Assembly: GCA_963826785.1 (NCBI GenBank)
Contig: CAWGYD010000006.1
Span: forward strand, 768,001 to 832,000
Source of the DNA: an uncultured delta proteobacterium
GTDB taxonomy: Bacteria > Desulfobacterota > Desulfobacteria > Desulfobacterales > Desulfosalsimonadaceae
DNA: 64,000 nt
Reading direction: 5' to 3'
Each line of letters begins with the position of its first letter. Positions within the stretch are counted from its first letter, which is position 1. This document shows, piece by piece, positions 1-8,670 of this stretch. Under the pieces are notes generated by a model. It was given only the letters and a program-made list of their open reading frames with translations. It was not told the DNA's origin and ran no database searches. The position numbers were made by a program, and so were the translations under genes.

Positions 1-748
1 GAGGACTTCGCCCAGCCGATCGATAGACCGCTCCTTCTCCGCCGTACAAGGCTTCCACGGCTCCACGGGCGGTCTGGTAGAGCAGCTCGGCATGCTTTAG
101 CCGGGTCAGTTCCTGCCTGAGATGATCGTCCTCACCCGCGGTGATGCCGGCACTTTCGATTTCAGTTTGCTGAAACTGCAGCAGTTCGACCTGTTCCTGC
201 TGCTGTTGGACGGATTGCTGCAGATGATCCAGTTCGGAAAGGGCGGGCGTGATCTCCCGGTAGCATCGCTTCACCGCGTTGCGGAGCGGCGCCAGTCCGC
301 CGAAATCGTCTAAGATGAAGAGATGCCGGTTCTCATCCAGGAGATTTTGATGTTCATGCTGGCCCGAAATGGCGGCAAGCTGCTGGGTGATGCTGCCCAG
401 CAGTTGTATGGTGGAGAGTCGGTCATTGATATACACCCGGTGCCGGTCGTTTCGGGAAATCACCCGCCGGATCACCAGGCCGTCGGCAGGGTCGATATCG
501 TGTCCGGCCAGGTGTGCCCGGACGGGGCTTGCTTCCGGCAGGTGAATCAGGGCGGTGATCTCCGCACTGTCGGCGCCGGTGCGGATCATGTCCGCATTGG
601 CCCGGCTTCCCAGCAGGAGATTGACCGCATGGATGATGATCGACTTGCCCGCCCCGGTTTCCCCGCTTAAAACAGAAAGCCCCTCGGAAAAACGGATGGT
701 GATGTCATCGATGATGGCAAAATTTCTGATGGCAAGTTCACTGATCAT
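1..748 (-). CDS. recN: DNA repair protein RecN (N-terminal part, cut by window edge)
   Basis: Hand translation from ATG 748: MISELAIRNFAIIDDITIRFSEGLSVLSGETGAGKSIII, the RecN N-terminus with Walker A. Absent from the ORF track. Probable 1-nt indel near position 25. Confidence 0.93.
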   Translation of the reverse strand, partial: MISELAIRNFAIIDDITIRFSEGLSVLSGETGAGKSIIIHAVNLLLGSRANADMIRTGADSAEITALIHLPEASPVRAHLAGHDIDPADGLVIRRVISRNDRHRVYINDRLSTIQLLGSITQQLAAISGQHEHQNLLDENRHLFILDDFGGLAPLRNAVKRCYREITPALSELDHLQQSVQQQQEQVELLQFQQTEIESAGITAGEDDHLRQELTRLKHAELLYQTARGAVEALYGGEGAVYRSAGRSP

Positions 749-908
749 GTCGGCATACGGGTCTTTGTCCGGCGCCCTGCCTGCAGCACCTGAAGTTTAT
801 TTGTAAAAACCGATTGACGGCCGTAAAGAGGAATAATAGATTTACAGATCGATGAAGTTCCGTCGATTCTGCCCATTATAAATTGAAGCGGATTCTTGTC
901 AAGCAAAC

Positions 909-1878
909 ATGGCGATCGGAAATCAAGCACAAGTGGAAATGAAACCAGCAGAAACCGAAATTATCCGGACCGAGCCCCAGATCATCGGCGGAGTGGCGGT
1001 TAAAGCCTATTTCATTCGGGCTGCAGACGGGACCGATCTGGCGGTCACCCGGATCAAGCCCCGGCATGATCGGCCTGCCGGGCATCCGGTGGTCCTGGTG
1101 CATGGCAGCTATTCCAACCGGCATTTTTTCATATCGCTAAAGGGGATCGGCCTGGGCGTGTTTCTGGCGGAACAGGGATTTGATGTCTGGATTGCCGAAA
1201 CCCGGGGACATGGGCTGTCCCCGAAAGGGAAACGGTTTTCGGGGATGACCGCGGAAGACCAGATCCGCCACGACTTGCCGGCGGTTCAAAACCTGGTGAC
1301 GGACCAGACGGGCTTAAGCGCCTTCTGGATCGGCCATTCCTTCGGGGGCCTGTTCATCATCGCCGAGCCTGTCGGCCGGCTGGCTATCCCAGGACCGGGT
1401 CACCGGCGTGGTGACGTTCGGCAGCCAGATCAGCCTGGGGGAAGAATATCTGAAAATTCCGCCCCTGGTCTGGACATTGAGTATCGTGCTCCGCCTGATC
1501 GGCCATTTCCCGGCACCCCGGTTCGGACTTGGCCCGGAGGCGGAACCGGCCGGGACCATCCTTGAGACCATCCGCTGGAAAAAGCTGGGGGGAAAATGGA
1601 CCAGTACGGCTGGGTTTTCCTACTGGGATGGACTTTCGAAGATCTCCGTGCCGGTGCTTTCCTATGCGGCGGCCGCCGACAGGAATGATCCGCCCGAAGG
1701 GTGCAAGTTGATTTTCGATCGGCTGGGATCCAAAGACAAGATTTTTATCATTTTGGGTAAAAACTACCGGTATTCAAAAGACTATGACCATGTGGGGATG
1801 GTGGTCAGCACCGAAGCCATGGCGGAAGTGTGGCCGGATGTGGCCGGATGGCTCAACGACCGGAGCGAATCGGTTTGA
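909..1878 (+). CDS. Alpha/beta hydrolase (split by a probable sequencing frameshift ~1363)
   Basis: ORF 909-1565 has VLVHG and the GHSFGG nucleophile elbow. ORF 1408-1878 supplies the Asp (RNDP) and His (YDHVG). Confidence 0.85.
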
Positions 1879-1889
1879 ACTCAGATTTC

Positions 1890-2576
1890 ATGCATCAAAC
1901 GATTCGTGAAAGCAGGGGCGGGCTTTTCATCCGGGCCATGGTGGTTTTGATGGTGCTGGCCCTGGCCGGGCTCGGCGGGGCGGTTTTTTACGGGTCTAAA
2001 ACCGTTCATGACCTTTTTAAAAATAATCAGAAGCTCAAGGCGGCCCTCTCCAACCTGACCCATGAGGATCAGATCGGGTACGCCAAGGTGATCGGCCAGA
2101 CGCAAAAAGAGGGCCGGCTCTATACCTCTTTGAAATTTGTGGAGACCGCCCGGGGAAATCCGCTGCAAAAAATTCTGGAACGGGAATATACCATCGAGGG
2201 GGATGTGGTCTTTTTTGATGCGATGATCGTCACCTTCGATGACCGATGGGTCATGGACGGCACCCGGCGGGCGATTTACCTGTGGCGGCGGGTATACGGA
2301 GAGAACATGCCACCGGCGCAGGGATTTCCCATTGAAATGGAATCGACCGCCCCCAGGCGATATGCGCCGCTCTTTGCCCCACTGGGGAACCAGGAGGATG
2401 ACATGTTCTGGGATGCGGTCTGGCAGCTGGCCGATGATCCAGACGCCCTGGCGGAATACGGGATCAAGGCGGTCTACGGCAATGCGGTGTACAAGAAGCT
2501 GAAGCCCGGCCTGATTTACGTATTTAAAATCAGCAACACCGGGCAGGTCTATCCGGAAGTGGTGCCCGACATATAA
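1890..2576 (+). CDS. Hypothetical membrane-anchored protein
   Basis: Long ORF in operon position with an N-terminal hydrophobic helix (VVLMVLALAGLGGAVFYG) followed by a short coiled segment. Start uncertain. Confidence 0.7.
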   Translation: MHQTIRESRGGLFIRAMVVLMVLALAGLGGAVFYGSKTVHDLFKNNQKLKAALSNLTHEDQIGYAKVIGQTQKEGRLYTSLKFVETARGNPLQKILEREYTIEGDVVFFDAMIVTFDDRWVMDGTRRAIYLWRRVYGENMPPAQGFPIEMESTAPRRYAPLFAPLGNQEDDMFWDAVWQLADDPDALAEYGIKAVYGNAVYKKLKPGLIYVFKISNTGQVYPEVVPDI

Positions 2577-2590
2577 TGAAAAATTAAAAA

Positions 2591-3052
2591 ATGGCCGAAT
2601 CGTTTCAATCGAAAATCACCCGGTGGGCATACAATTTTCATCCGGTCTACCGGCGGACCGGGGCCAAGATCATCTACATCGACGATTCCTGGCGGGAACT
2701 TCGCATTGCCATTCCGCTGAAGTTCCGGACCCGCAATTATTACGGAACCATCTCCGGGATCTGCATGTTCGGCGGAGTGGATCCGATTTACATGGTGATG
2801 CTCATCAAGTTGCTGGGGCCGGGATATGTGGTCTGGGACAAGCGGGCGGCCATTGATTTCAAGAGACCGGGAAAAAGGACCCTGACCGCCCGGTTTGTGG
2901 TCGATGAGAGCGAGCTGGCCCATATCCGCAAGCAGCCTGAAAGCGCAGCCGAACCTTGAGCGGATCTATCCATCGACCTGGTGGACCCGGAGGGCACCGT
3001 CTGCGCCACGGTGGAGAAAGTGATCCATATCCGAAAACGAAGATCGCCTTGA
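2591..3052 (+). CDS. DUF4442 / hotdog-fold thioesterase family protein (two compensating indels near the 3' end)
   Basis: Motifs RNYYGTISG..M, DPIYMVML and WDKRAAIDFKRPG. The C-terminus IDLVDPEGTVCATVEKVIHIRK resumes in the start frame and ends at TGA 3050-3052. Confidence 0.8.
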
Positions 3053-3060
3053 ACTGAGGC

Positions 3061-3247
3061 GACATGGCTGTGGGTTTCTCCCGCTCGCTGTTCATTATTT
3101 TGATGCTTCTAAGATTCGCGGCGCTGCATCCTGGAAACTCGCCTGTCGGCTCAAACACTCCAGGATGCGGCCGCGCCGCTTCATCTAAGAAGCATTCGCA
3201 AAATAATGAAGCAATGGTTGTCGCCGGGAGAAACCCACAGCCATGTC
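3061..3247. repeat. ~187-bp nested palindromic (MITE/REPIN-like) element, copy 1
   Basis: Perfect 23-bp terminal IR (3061-3083 / 3225-3247). Inner IRs TTCATTATTTTG/CAAAATAATGAA and GCATCCTGGA/TCCAGGATGC. Second copy, inverted, at 11783-11965. Confidence 0.9.
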
Positions 3248-3306
3248 TTGTGGCATTGACCCCGTGGAAAATACCGGGTTTAAATATTCGAATCGGAAAA
3301 TAGAAA

Positions 3307-3704
3307 ATGGATTACGAAAACGTATTTACGGAACCAAAGCTGAAGGAAATATTCTCCCCGGACCGGGCGGATGATTTTTTCGAGGCGCTTTACGGCGATG
3401 CCGCCGAGGGTTCCTATGACATCGAACTGGTGTTTGTGAAAGGGGAGGCGGACCGCCTGAATTTTGAATTCCGACTGCACCAGCGGACTGGGAAATGCCT
3501 CCGCTGCAATCTCACCTACGGCTTGCCCAAGGTGTTTTCCCGCCATCCGGTTATCGGCGTGGCGGGGGTAATCGACCGGATCGATCAGGAGCTCTCCAAT
3601 GGCATGAAAACCGCCGGCTGGCGGCTGGGCGACACCCGGGAAGATTTCCCAAAAGACTGCATGTGATCCCGCTGACCATCGATCTGCAAAAAATGCCATC
3701 CTGA
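3307..3704 (+). CDS. Conserved hypothetical protein with CxxC motif (frameshift ~3645)
   Basis: FFEALYGDA..GSYDI..KCLRCNLTYGLP. The C-terminus LHVIPLTIDL lies in another frame. Confidence 0.7.
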
Positions 3705-3757
3705 ATTCCAAAATAATTTTCATTGTACTGCTTGTTGTATTCGCCATCGGCCTGGGC

Positions 3758-4933
3758 GTGGTACTGTATCCAGGAGATGATCAAGAGATTGTCCAAAAAG
3801 ACATTGAAATTCCGCAGCAGACGGTATCCGCTCCGGCTGCCCAAAGTGTAACGAAGCCGTCCGTAAACAGTGAACCGATGTTGCCGGCGGTGGCTTCAGT
3901 GGCCGATGATCCGGCAGTTTCGCAAGATTTGGCATCAGATGATAACCCCTACGTGTTTTATCCCGTATCGCTTGTCAGAGAGCTGGGGATCGACATGGAC
4001 AAGATGATTGCCGAGCGCGACCAATTCAAGAATACGGTGATTCATGTGGAATGGATGGACAGGGTCAACGATGTGCTGAAAAATCTCGACCCGGAAAAGA
4101 AGGCCGCCGTCATTAAAAACCATACCACGCTGCTCTACATTAAAGACCTGCTCAACCAGGCGTATCTTACCGGCGAAATGGACCATGAAACGTTTATCAC
4201 CGCCGTGGCCGAACTGATGAAGTGGCATCAGGACACCTTCGAGTCCATGCTGACCGGGGCGGAATACGAAGCTCTGTTTGAACTCAATCCCGAGGCGGCG
4301 GACCAGATGATCGATGAACTGCTGGAATCGTCTCCCAGATACAGTTTTATTTTGAATCAATCCGTTCCGGTCGAAGAGGTCACCAAACAGGTCCAGGGAT
4401 TCAAGCTTGAAGAAGTGGACGCCCAATTTAAAAAAATGATTTTCGACCGCGAGCAGATCGGTAAAAAAATCAATGCGGGGGAGATGACCCTGGAGCAGGC
4501 AAGAAAAGCCCTGGCCCAGAGCCAGCAGGCGTTTATCGACAAATGCAAGGCACTGCTCACCACAGACGAGATCAACACGATTTTCGGGTCCATGGCAGCC
4601 CTGGAAACCGGCCAGGTGCAGACCGAACCGCCCGCTGTCTTAGGGGATTCCGATGAAGTGGAACTCGGTTTCAGGATTGAAAACCCGGAAACCTCCATTG
4701 AAATGGTCAAGAAAAAGGTGGAACCGCAAAAGCTTGAAGATATCAAGTTTTTCTACCAGCAGCGGGCAGAGGAAAGAGAAGGCCTTGTCACCAGGCTTGA
4801 AGCCGGCGAAATAAAAGAGGAAATTCTTGAAAACATATCAAATGAAATGGATCAGGCCTTTGAGGAAAACTGCAAAAGCATCCTCACCGGCGCAGGGATT
4901 GTCTATTTTTGCGATAAAATCCGCTATAACTGA
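3758..4933 (+). CDS. Exported/anchored helical-repeat protein
   Basis: The frame extends upstream into a hydrophobic anchor (KIIFIVLLVVFAIGLGVVL), so the true start is probably near 3700. Three ~70-aa helical repeats ending in LTxxE-like motifs. Confidence 0.75.
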   Translation: MVLYPGDDQEIVQKDIEIPQQTVSAPAAQSVTKPSVNSEPMLPAVASVADDPAVSQDLASDDNPYVFYPVSLVRELGIDMDKMIAERDQFKNTVIHVEWMDRVNDVLKNLDPEKKAAVIKNHTTLLYIKDLLNQAYLTGEMDHETFITAVAELMKWHQDTFESMLTGAEYEALFELNPEAADQMIDELLESSPRYSFILNQSVPVEEVTKQVQGFKLEEVDAQFKKMIFDREQIGKKINAGEMTLEQARKALAQSQQAFIDKCKALLTTDEINTIFGSMAALETGQVQTEPPAVLGDSDEVELGFRIENPETSIEMVKKKVEPQKLEDIKFFYQQRAEEREGLVTRLEAGEIKEEILENISNEMDQAFEENCKSILTGAGIVYFCDKIRYN

Positions 4934-5043
4934 AATGAAATGACAGGCCAAAAAGAATCTCTGCACGTTGAGCCCGGCGTTCGTATTGAGCGCTTAAACG
5001 AAAACCGACAATTTTTCCCGGATGATCACCGAAAATGTTTTCG

Positions 5044-6208
5044 TCATTTTCCCGCCTTGCGGATCCCCAGCTTATCCATGGCAATGATCATCTTGCAGAT
5101 GTTGGCCGAGCCTTCCACCATGGCGTAGGTGGGGGCGTCCCGGTAGAGGCGGGCCACCGGATACTCGGTGGAATATCCGTAGGCGCCCAGAATGCGCATG
5201 GCGGCGGTGGCGCACCGGGTGACGGTCTCTCCGGCAAAATACTTGGCCTGGGCCACGGAGAGCCCGTTGTCCAGATTGCCGGCGTCTTTTTCCCTGGATG
5301 CCTTATAGACGAGCAGACGGGCTGCTTCGATGTCGGTGGCCATCCGGGCGATAAGATCCTGGTTCATCTGGTACTCGCCGATGGGTTTTCCGAACTGCCT
5401 GCGCTGGTTGCAGTATTTGACGGCGGCATCCAGGCAGGCCTGGGCCACGCCCACGGCCCCGGCTGCTGCGGAGACACGGGTCTGATTTAATGACGAAAAC
5501 ACAATGCGGGCGCCGTCGCCGGGGCTGCCCAGGATGTTTTCCCTGGGCACTTTCGCATCGGTGAGGAAAATTTCGCCGGTGGGCGAAGAGTGTGATCCCA
5601 TCTTGTCCAGCCGGGAGGTTTTGATGCCTTCGAAATTTTTCATCTCCAGCACAAAAGCAGAAAGCCCCCTGCCGCGCTGGTTTTTGTCCGTGAAGGCATA
5701 GCAGATGATCACATCGGCGATGTCGGCATTGGAGATCCAGGTTTTAGAGCCGTTTAACAGCCAGTGGTCGCCTTTATCTTCTGCCACCGTTGAGATGGAC
5801 ATGACATCAGATCCCGTATCCGGTTCGGTGATGGCAAACCCGCCCAGGTATTCGCCGCGCACCAGCCGGGGAATATATTTTTTCTTCAGTTCCTCGCTGC
5901 CGTACTTATAGATGGTGTAGGCCGACCCGAGCCCCTGCATGTTCACCTGCACCCTAAGTGAACTCGATGCCCGGGCGATCTCCTCGGTGATGATGGCCGC
6001 CGACAGCCAGTCCATCCCTTCGCCGCCGTATTCCTCCGGGATGCACATGCCGAAAAACCCCAGCTCTCCCATGGGCTTGATCACTTCCTCATAGGGGAAA
6101 TAATGGTCCGCGTCCCACTGGTCCGCATAGGGGGCAATCTTCTTGGCGGCAAATTCCCGCACCGCCTTGTCGCAGCATTTCGTGTTCTTTTGATAGTGTG
6201 AAATCCAT
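5044..6208 (-). CDS. acd: Glutaryl-CoA dehydrogenase, non-decarboxylating (frameshift ~6170)
   Basis: Closely matches the Desulfococcus multivorans Acd sequence as I recall it (HFPYEE..PMGELGFFG, YRDAPTY.MVEGSANICKMIIA). True start MDFTLSKEHEML at 6208. Confidence 0.88.
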
Positions 6209-6241
6209 TGTTTTATTCCTTTTGTTCGATGGTTTGTTTAA

Positions 6242-6493
6242 ACCATGAAGAACACGAAGTTCACGAAGACTCTAATCCGGTAGATCCGTGAAATGATGAT
6301 TTTCAGCCGCAAACTGCCCGGACACCCCCCTTTGCCCCCCTCAAGGGGGGATTTGAAAGGAATTGTCTTTTTTAATTCCCCCCTTCAGGGGGGTTAGGGG
6401 GGTGTTGCTGCCTGTCGTTTGCATGAATCTTCACATTTTAGGGCTATTGTCACTAAAATTTTTCTTCTTCATGCCCTTCATGTACTTCATGGT
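6242..6493. repeat. Nested repeat: inverted 9-mer triplets enclosing a REP-like doublet
   Basis: ACCATGAAG-AACACGAAG-TTCACGAAG at 6242-6268 is inverted at 6467-6493. Inside is an inverted pair of CCCCCC-TCAA/TTCA-GGGGGG hairpins (6322-6405). Confidence 0.8.
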
Positions 6494-6503
6494 GAATTCA
6501 TTT

Positions 6504-7268
6504 TTACGCCATGGTCAGCCCGCCGCTGACACTGAGCACCTGGCCGGTGATAAATGACGCCTCGTCGGAGGCGAAAAAGACCACCGCATGGGCGATGTCC
6601 TGGGGGGTGCCCATGCGTTTTAAGGGAATGATCCTGTCCATGCCGGAGAGGATCTTGTCCGCCAGGGCGTCCTCGGCCTTCATGTCGTCCAGCAAAGGCG
6701 TGGGCGTCGGCCCCGGGCAGATCACGTTGACCGTGATCTGGTTTCTCGCCAGTTCCCGGGCCATGGTTTTGGAAAAAGAGATCACCGCCCCCTTGGCCCC
6801 GGCGTAGACCGATTCGCCGGTGCTCCCCACCCGGGCGGCATCCGAGGCGATGTTGATGATCCGCCCCGATCCTCTGGCCATCATCTCCCCGGCCGCTGCA
6901 AAGGTGGTGTTGAGCACCCCTTTGTAGTTGATGTCGATCACCTTGTCCCAGAATTCCGGGGTGGTCTTCACAAACGGCTTCATCCGGTCCCACCCGGCAT
7001 TGTTCACCAGGATGTCGATGGTGCCGAAATCCTGTTTGACTTTTTCCGCCATGGCCTGGACCGAGGCCAGGTCAGTGATGTCGGTGCGCACCGCCACGGC
7101 CCTCCCGCCGGCGGCTTGAATTTCCTCCGCCGTCTTTTGGGCGTCTTCTTCCAGCAGGTCGGCTATGGCGACCCTTGCCCCCTGGACCGCCAGGATTGAT
7201 GATATGGCCTTCCCGATCCCCCGGGCCCCGCCGGTGACGACGGCGACTTTGTCGGTGAGTTTAAACAT
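6504..7268 (-). CDS. badH: SDR dehydrogenase, BadH-like (2-hydroxycyclohexanecarboxyl-CoA dehydrogenase family)
   Basis: TGGARGIG, NNAGWD, IASDAARVGSTGESVYAGAK and ICPGPT are signatures of the BadH-type SDR clade. In an operon with a BadI-like gene. Confidence 0.7.
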   Translation of the reverse strand: MFKLTDKVAVVTGGARGIGKAISSILAVQGARVAIADLLEEDAQKTAEEIQAAGGRAVAVRTDITDLASVQAMAEKVKQDFGTIDILVNNAGWDRMKPFVKTTPEFWDKVIDINYKGVLNTTFAAAGEMMARGSGRIINIASDAARVGSTGESVYAGAKGAVISFSKTMARELARNQITVNVICPGPTPTPLLDDMKAEDALADKILSGMDRIIPLKRMGTPQDIAHAVVFFASDEASFITGQVLSVSGGLTMA

Positions 7269-7329
7269 CCGCTTCTCCTTTGTCCGTGAATTGTTATCCC
7301 TTCATCCACAAAACTGACAAATGATTCGA

Positions 7330-7474
7330 GTGCCTGAACGGGAAAGCGCAGATTTCGGTTCAAGACAAGGCCGCAGGAATTTTTTGACCGGAGGCGCAGC
7401 AGTCGCTGCGTTGAGGATCAAAAAATTCTGAGAATGCAGTATTGGGCCGAAAGATGCGCTTTCCATTCAGGCAC
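7330..7474. repeat. 145-bp MITE-like palindromic element overlapping the thiolase stop codon
   Basis: Terminal IR GTGCCTGAACGGGAAAGCGCA / TGCGCTTTCCATTCAGGCAC. Inner IRs GAATTTTTTGA/TCAAAAAATTC and CGCAGC/GCTGCG. Confidence 0.82.
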
Positions 7475-8651
7475 CACAAAGGTTTTCCCAGAGGATCGAA
7501 TACCCCTGACCCCGCCCCACGCACATGGTGGTGATGCCGTATCTGGCATCGGGATGGTCCTTGAAGTGGCCGGCCATGAACGCGGTCAGCCGGGGGCCGG
7601 AAGCGGCCAGGGGATGACCGTAGGCCAGTGCCCCGCCATAGGGGTTGACCCGCGGGTCATTGATATCCACCCCCAGGCGGTCTAAGGAGTATAGCACCTG
7701 CACGGCAAAAGCCTCGTTGATTTCAATGAAATCGATGTCATCCATGGTCAGGCCGGTCCGCTTGAGCAGTTTCTGGGTGGCCGGCACCGGGGCGATGCCC
7801 ATGATGGTGGGATCCACCCCGGCCACGGCAGACGCCACAAAGCGCATGGCCGGCTTTAATCCCAGTTCATCGGCCATCTCCCGGCTCATCATCAGGGTGG
7901 CGGCGGCCCCGTCGTTCAGGCCCGAAGCGTTTCCCGCGGTCACCCGGCCGTTTTCACGAAAGGCGGGCTTGAGGCCGGCCAGGGCTTCCATGCTGGTATT
8001 GGGCCGGGGTTGCTGGTCCTTATCTGCGGTGATGGGGGTGCCATCGGCCAGGGTCGTCTCAATGGGGATGATCATATCCTTCATCTTGCCGGATTTGATG
8101 GCGGCATCTGCCTTTTTCTGGGAAGCTACCGCATAAGCGTCGGCCGCCTCCTTTGTGAATTCCGGAAACCGGTCGTGGATGTTTTCGGCGGTAAGTCCCA
8201 TGACCAGGGCCGATTCATCCCCCAGGACCTGGGCTGCCCGGGGGTGGTGGTCCCGCATGAACCCCATGGGCACATGGCCCAGATGCTCCACCCCGCCGGC
8301 AATGAGGCAGTCGGCCATCGCCCCGGCGATGGTGGTGGCGGCAAAACCGATGGCGGTCAGGCCCGAAGCGCACATCCGGTCGATGGAGCATCCCGGTATT
8401 TCCCACCCCCAGTCGGCCAGCATGGTGACCATCCGCCCCAGGGTGGAGGCCTGCTCCTTTACCTGGTTGGTCACCCCCCAGATGCTGTCTTCGACCATAT
8501 TCGGGGAGACGGCCGGATTGCGGCGGATCAGGGCTTTGAGCAGGGCCACGGCCAGATCCTCGGCCCGGGTGTTATAGAATATCCCTTTTTCGCCGGCCCG
8601 GCCGAAGGCGGTGCGCACGGCATCGATGAGAACGACTTCTTTGATTTCCAT
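7467..8651 (-). CDS. Acetyl-CoA C-acyltransferase (thiolase)
   Basis: Motifs DRMCASG, NEAFA, GHPLAASG and TMCVGRGQG. Confidence 0.95.
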   Translation of the reverse strand: MEIKEVVLIDAVRTAFGRAGEKGIFYNTRAEDLAVALLKALIRRNPAVSPNMVEDSIWGVTNQVKEQASTLGRMVTMLADWGWEIPGCSIDRMCASGLTAIGFAATTIAGAMADCLIAGGVEHLGHVPMGFMRDHHPRAAQVLGDESALVMGLTAENIHDRFPEFTKEAADAYAVASQKKADAAIKSGKMKDMIIPIETTLADGTPITADKDQQPRPNTSMEALAGLKPAFRENGRVTAGNASGLNDGAAATLMMSREMADELGLKPAMRFVASAVAGVDPTIMGIAPVPATQKLLKRTGLTMDDIDFIEINEAFAVQVLYSLDRLGVDINDPRVNPYGGALAYGHPLAASGPRLTAFMAGHFKDHPDARYGITTMCVGRGQGYSILWENLCGA

Positions 8652-8670
8652 GGGTATTCCTTCCTTTCGT

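Noticed and set aside
2957..3666. TGA codons at 2957-2959 and 3664-3666 as selenocysteine
   Set aside because: Both arise after frameshifts, the family-like sequence continues via another frame, and no SECIS-like hairpin was seen.
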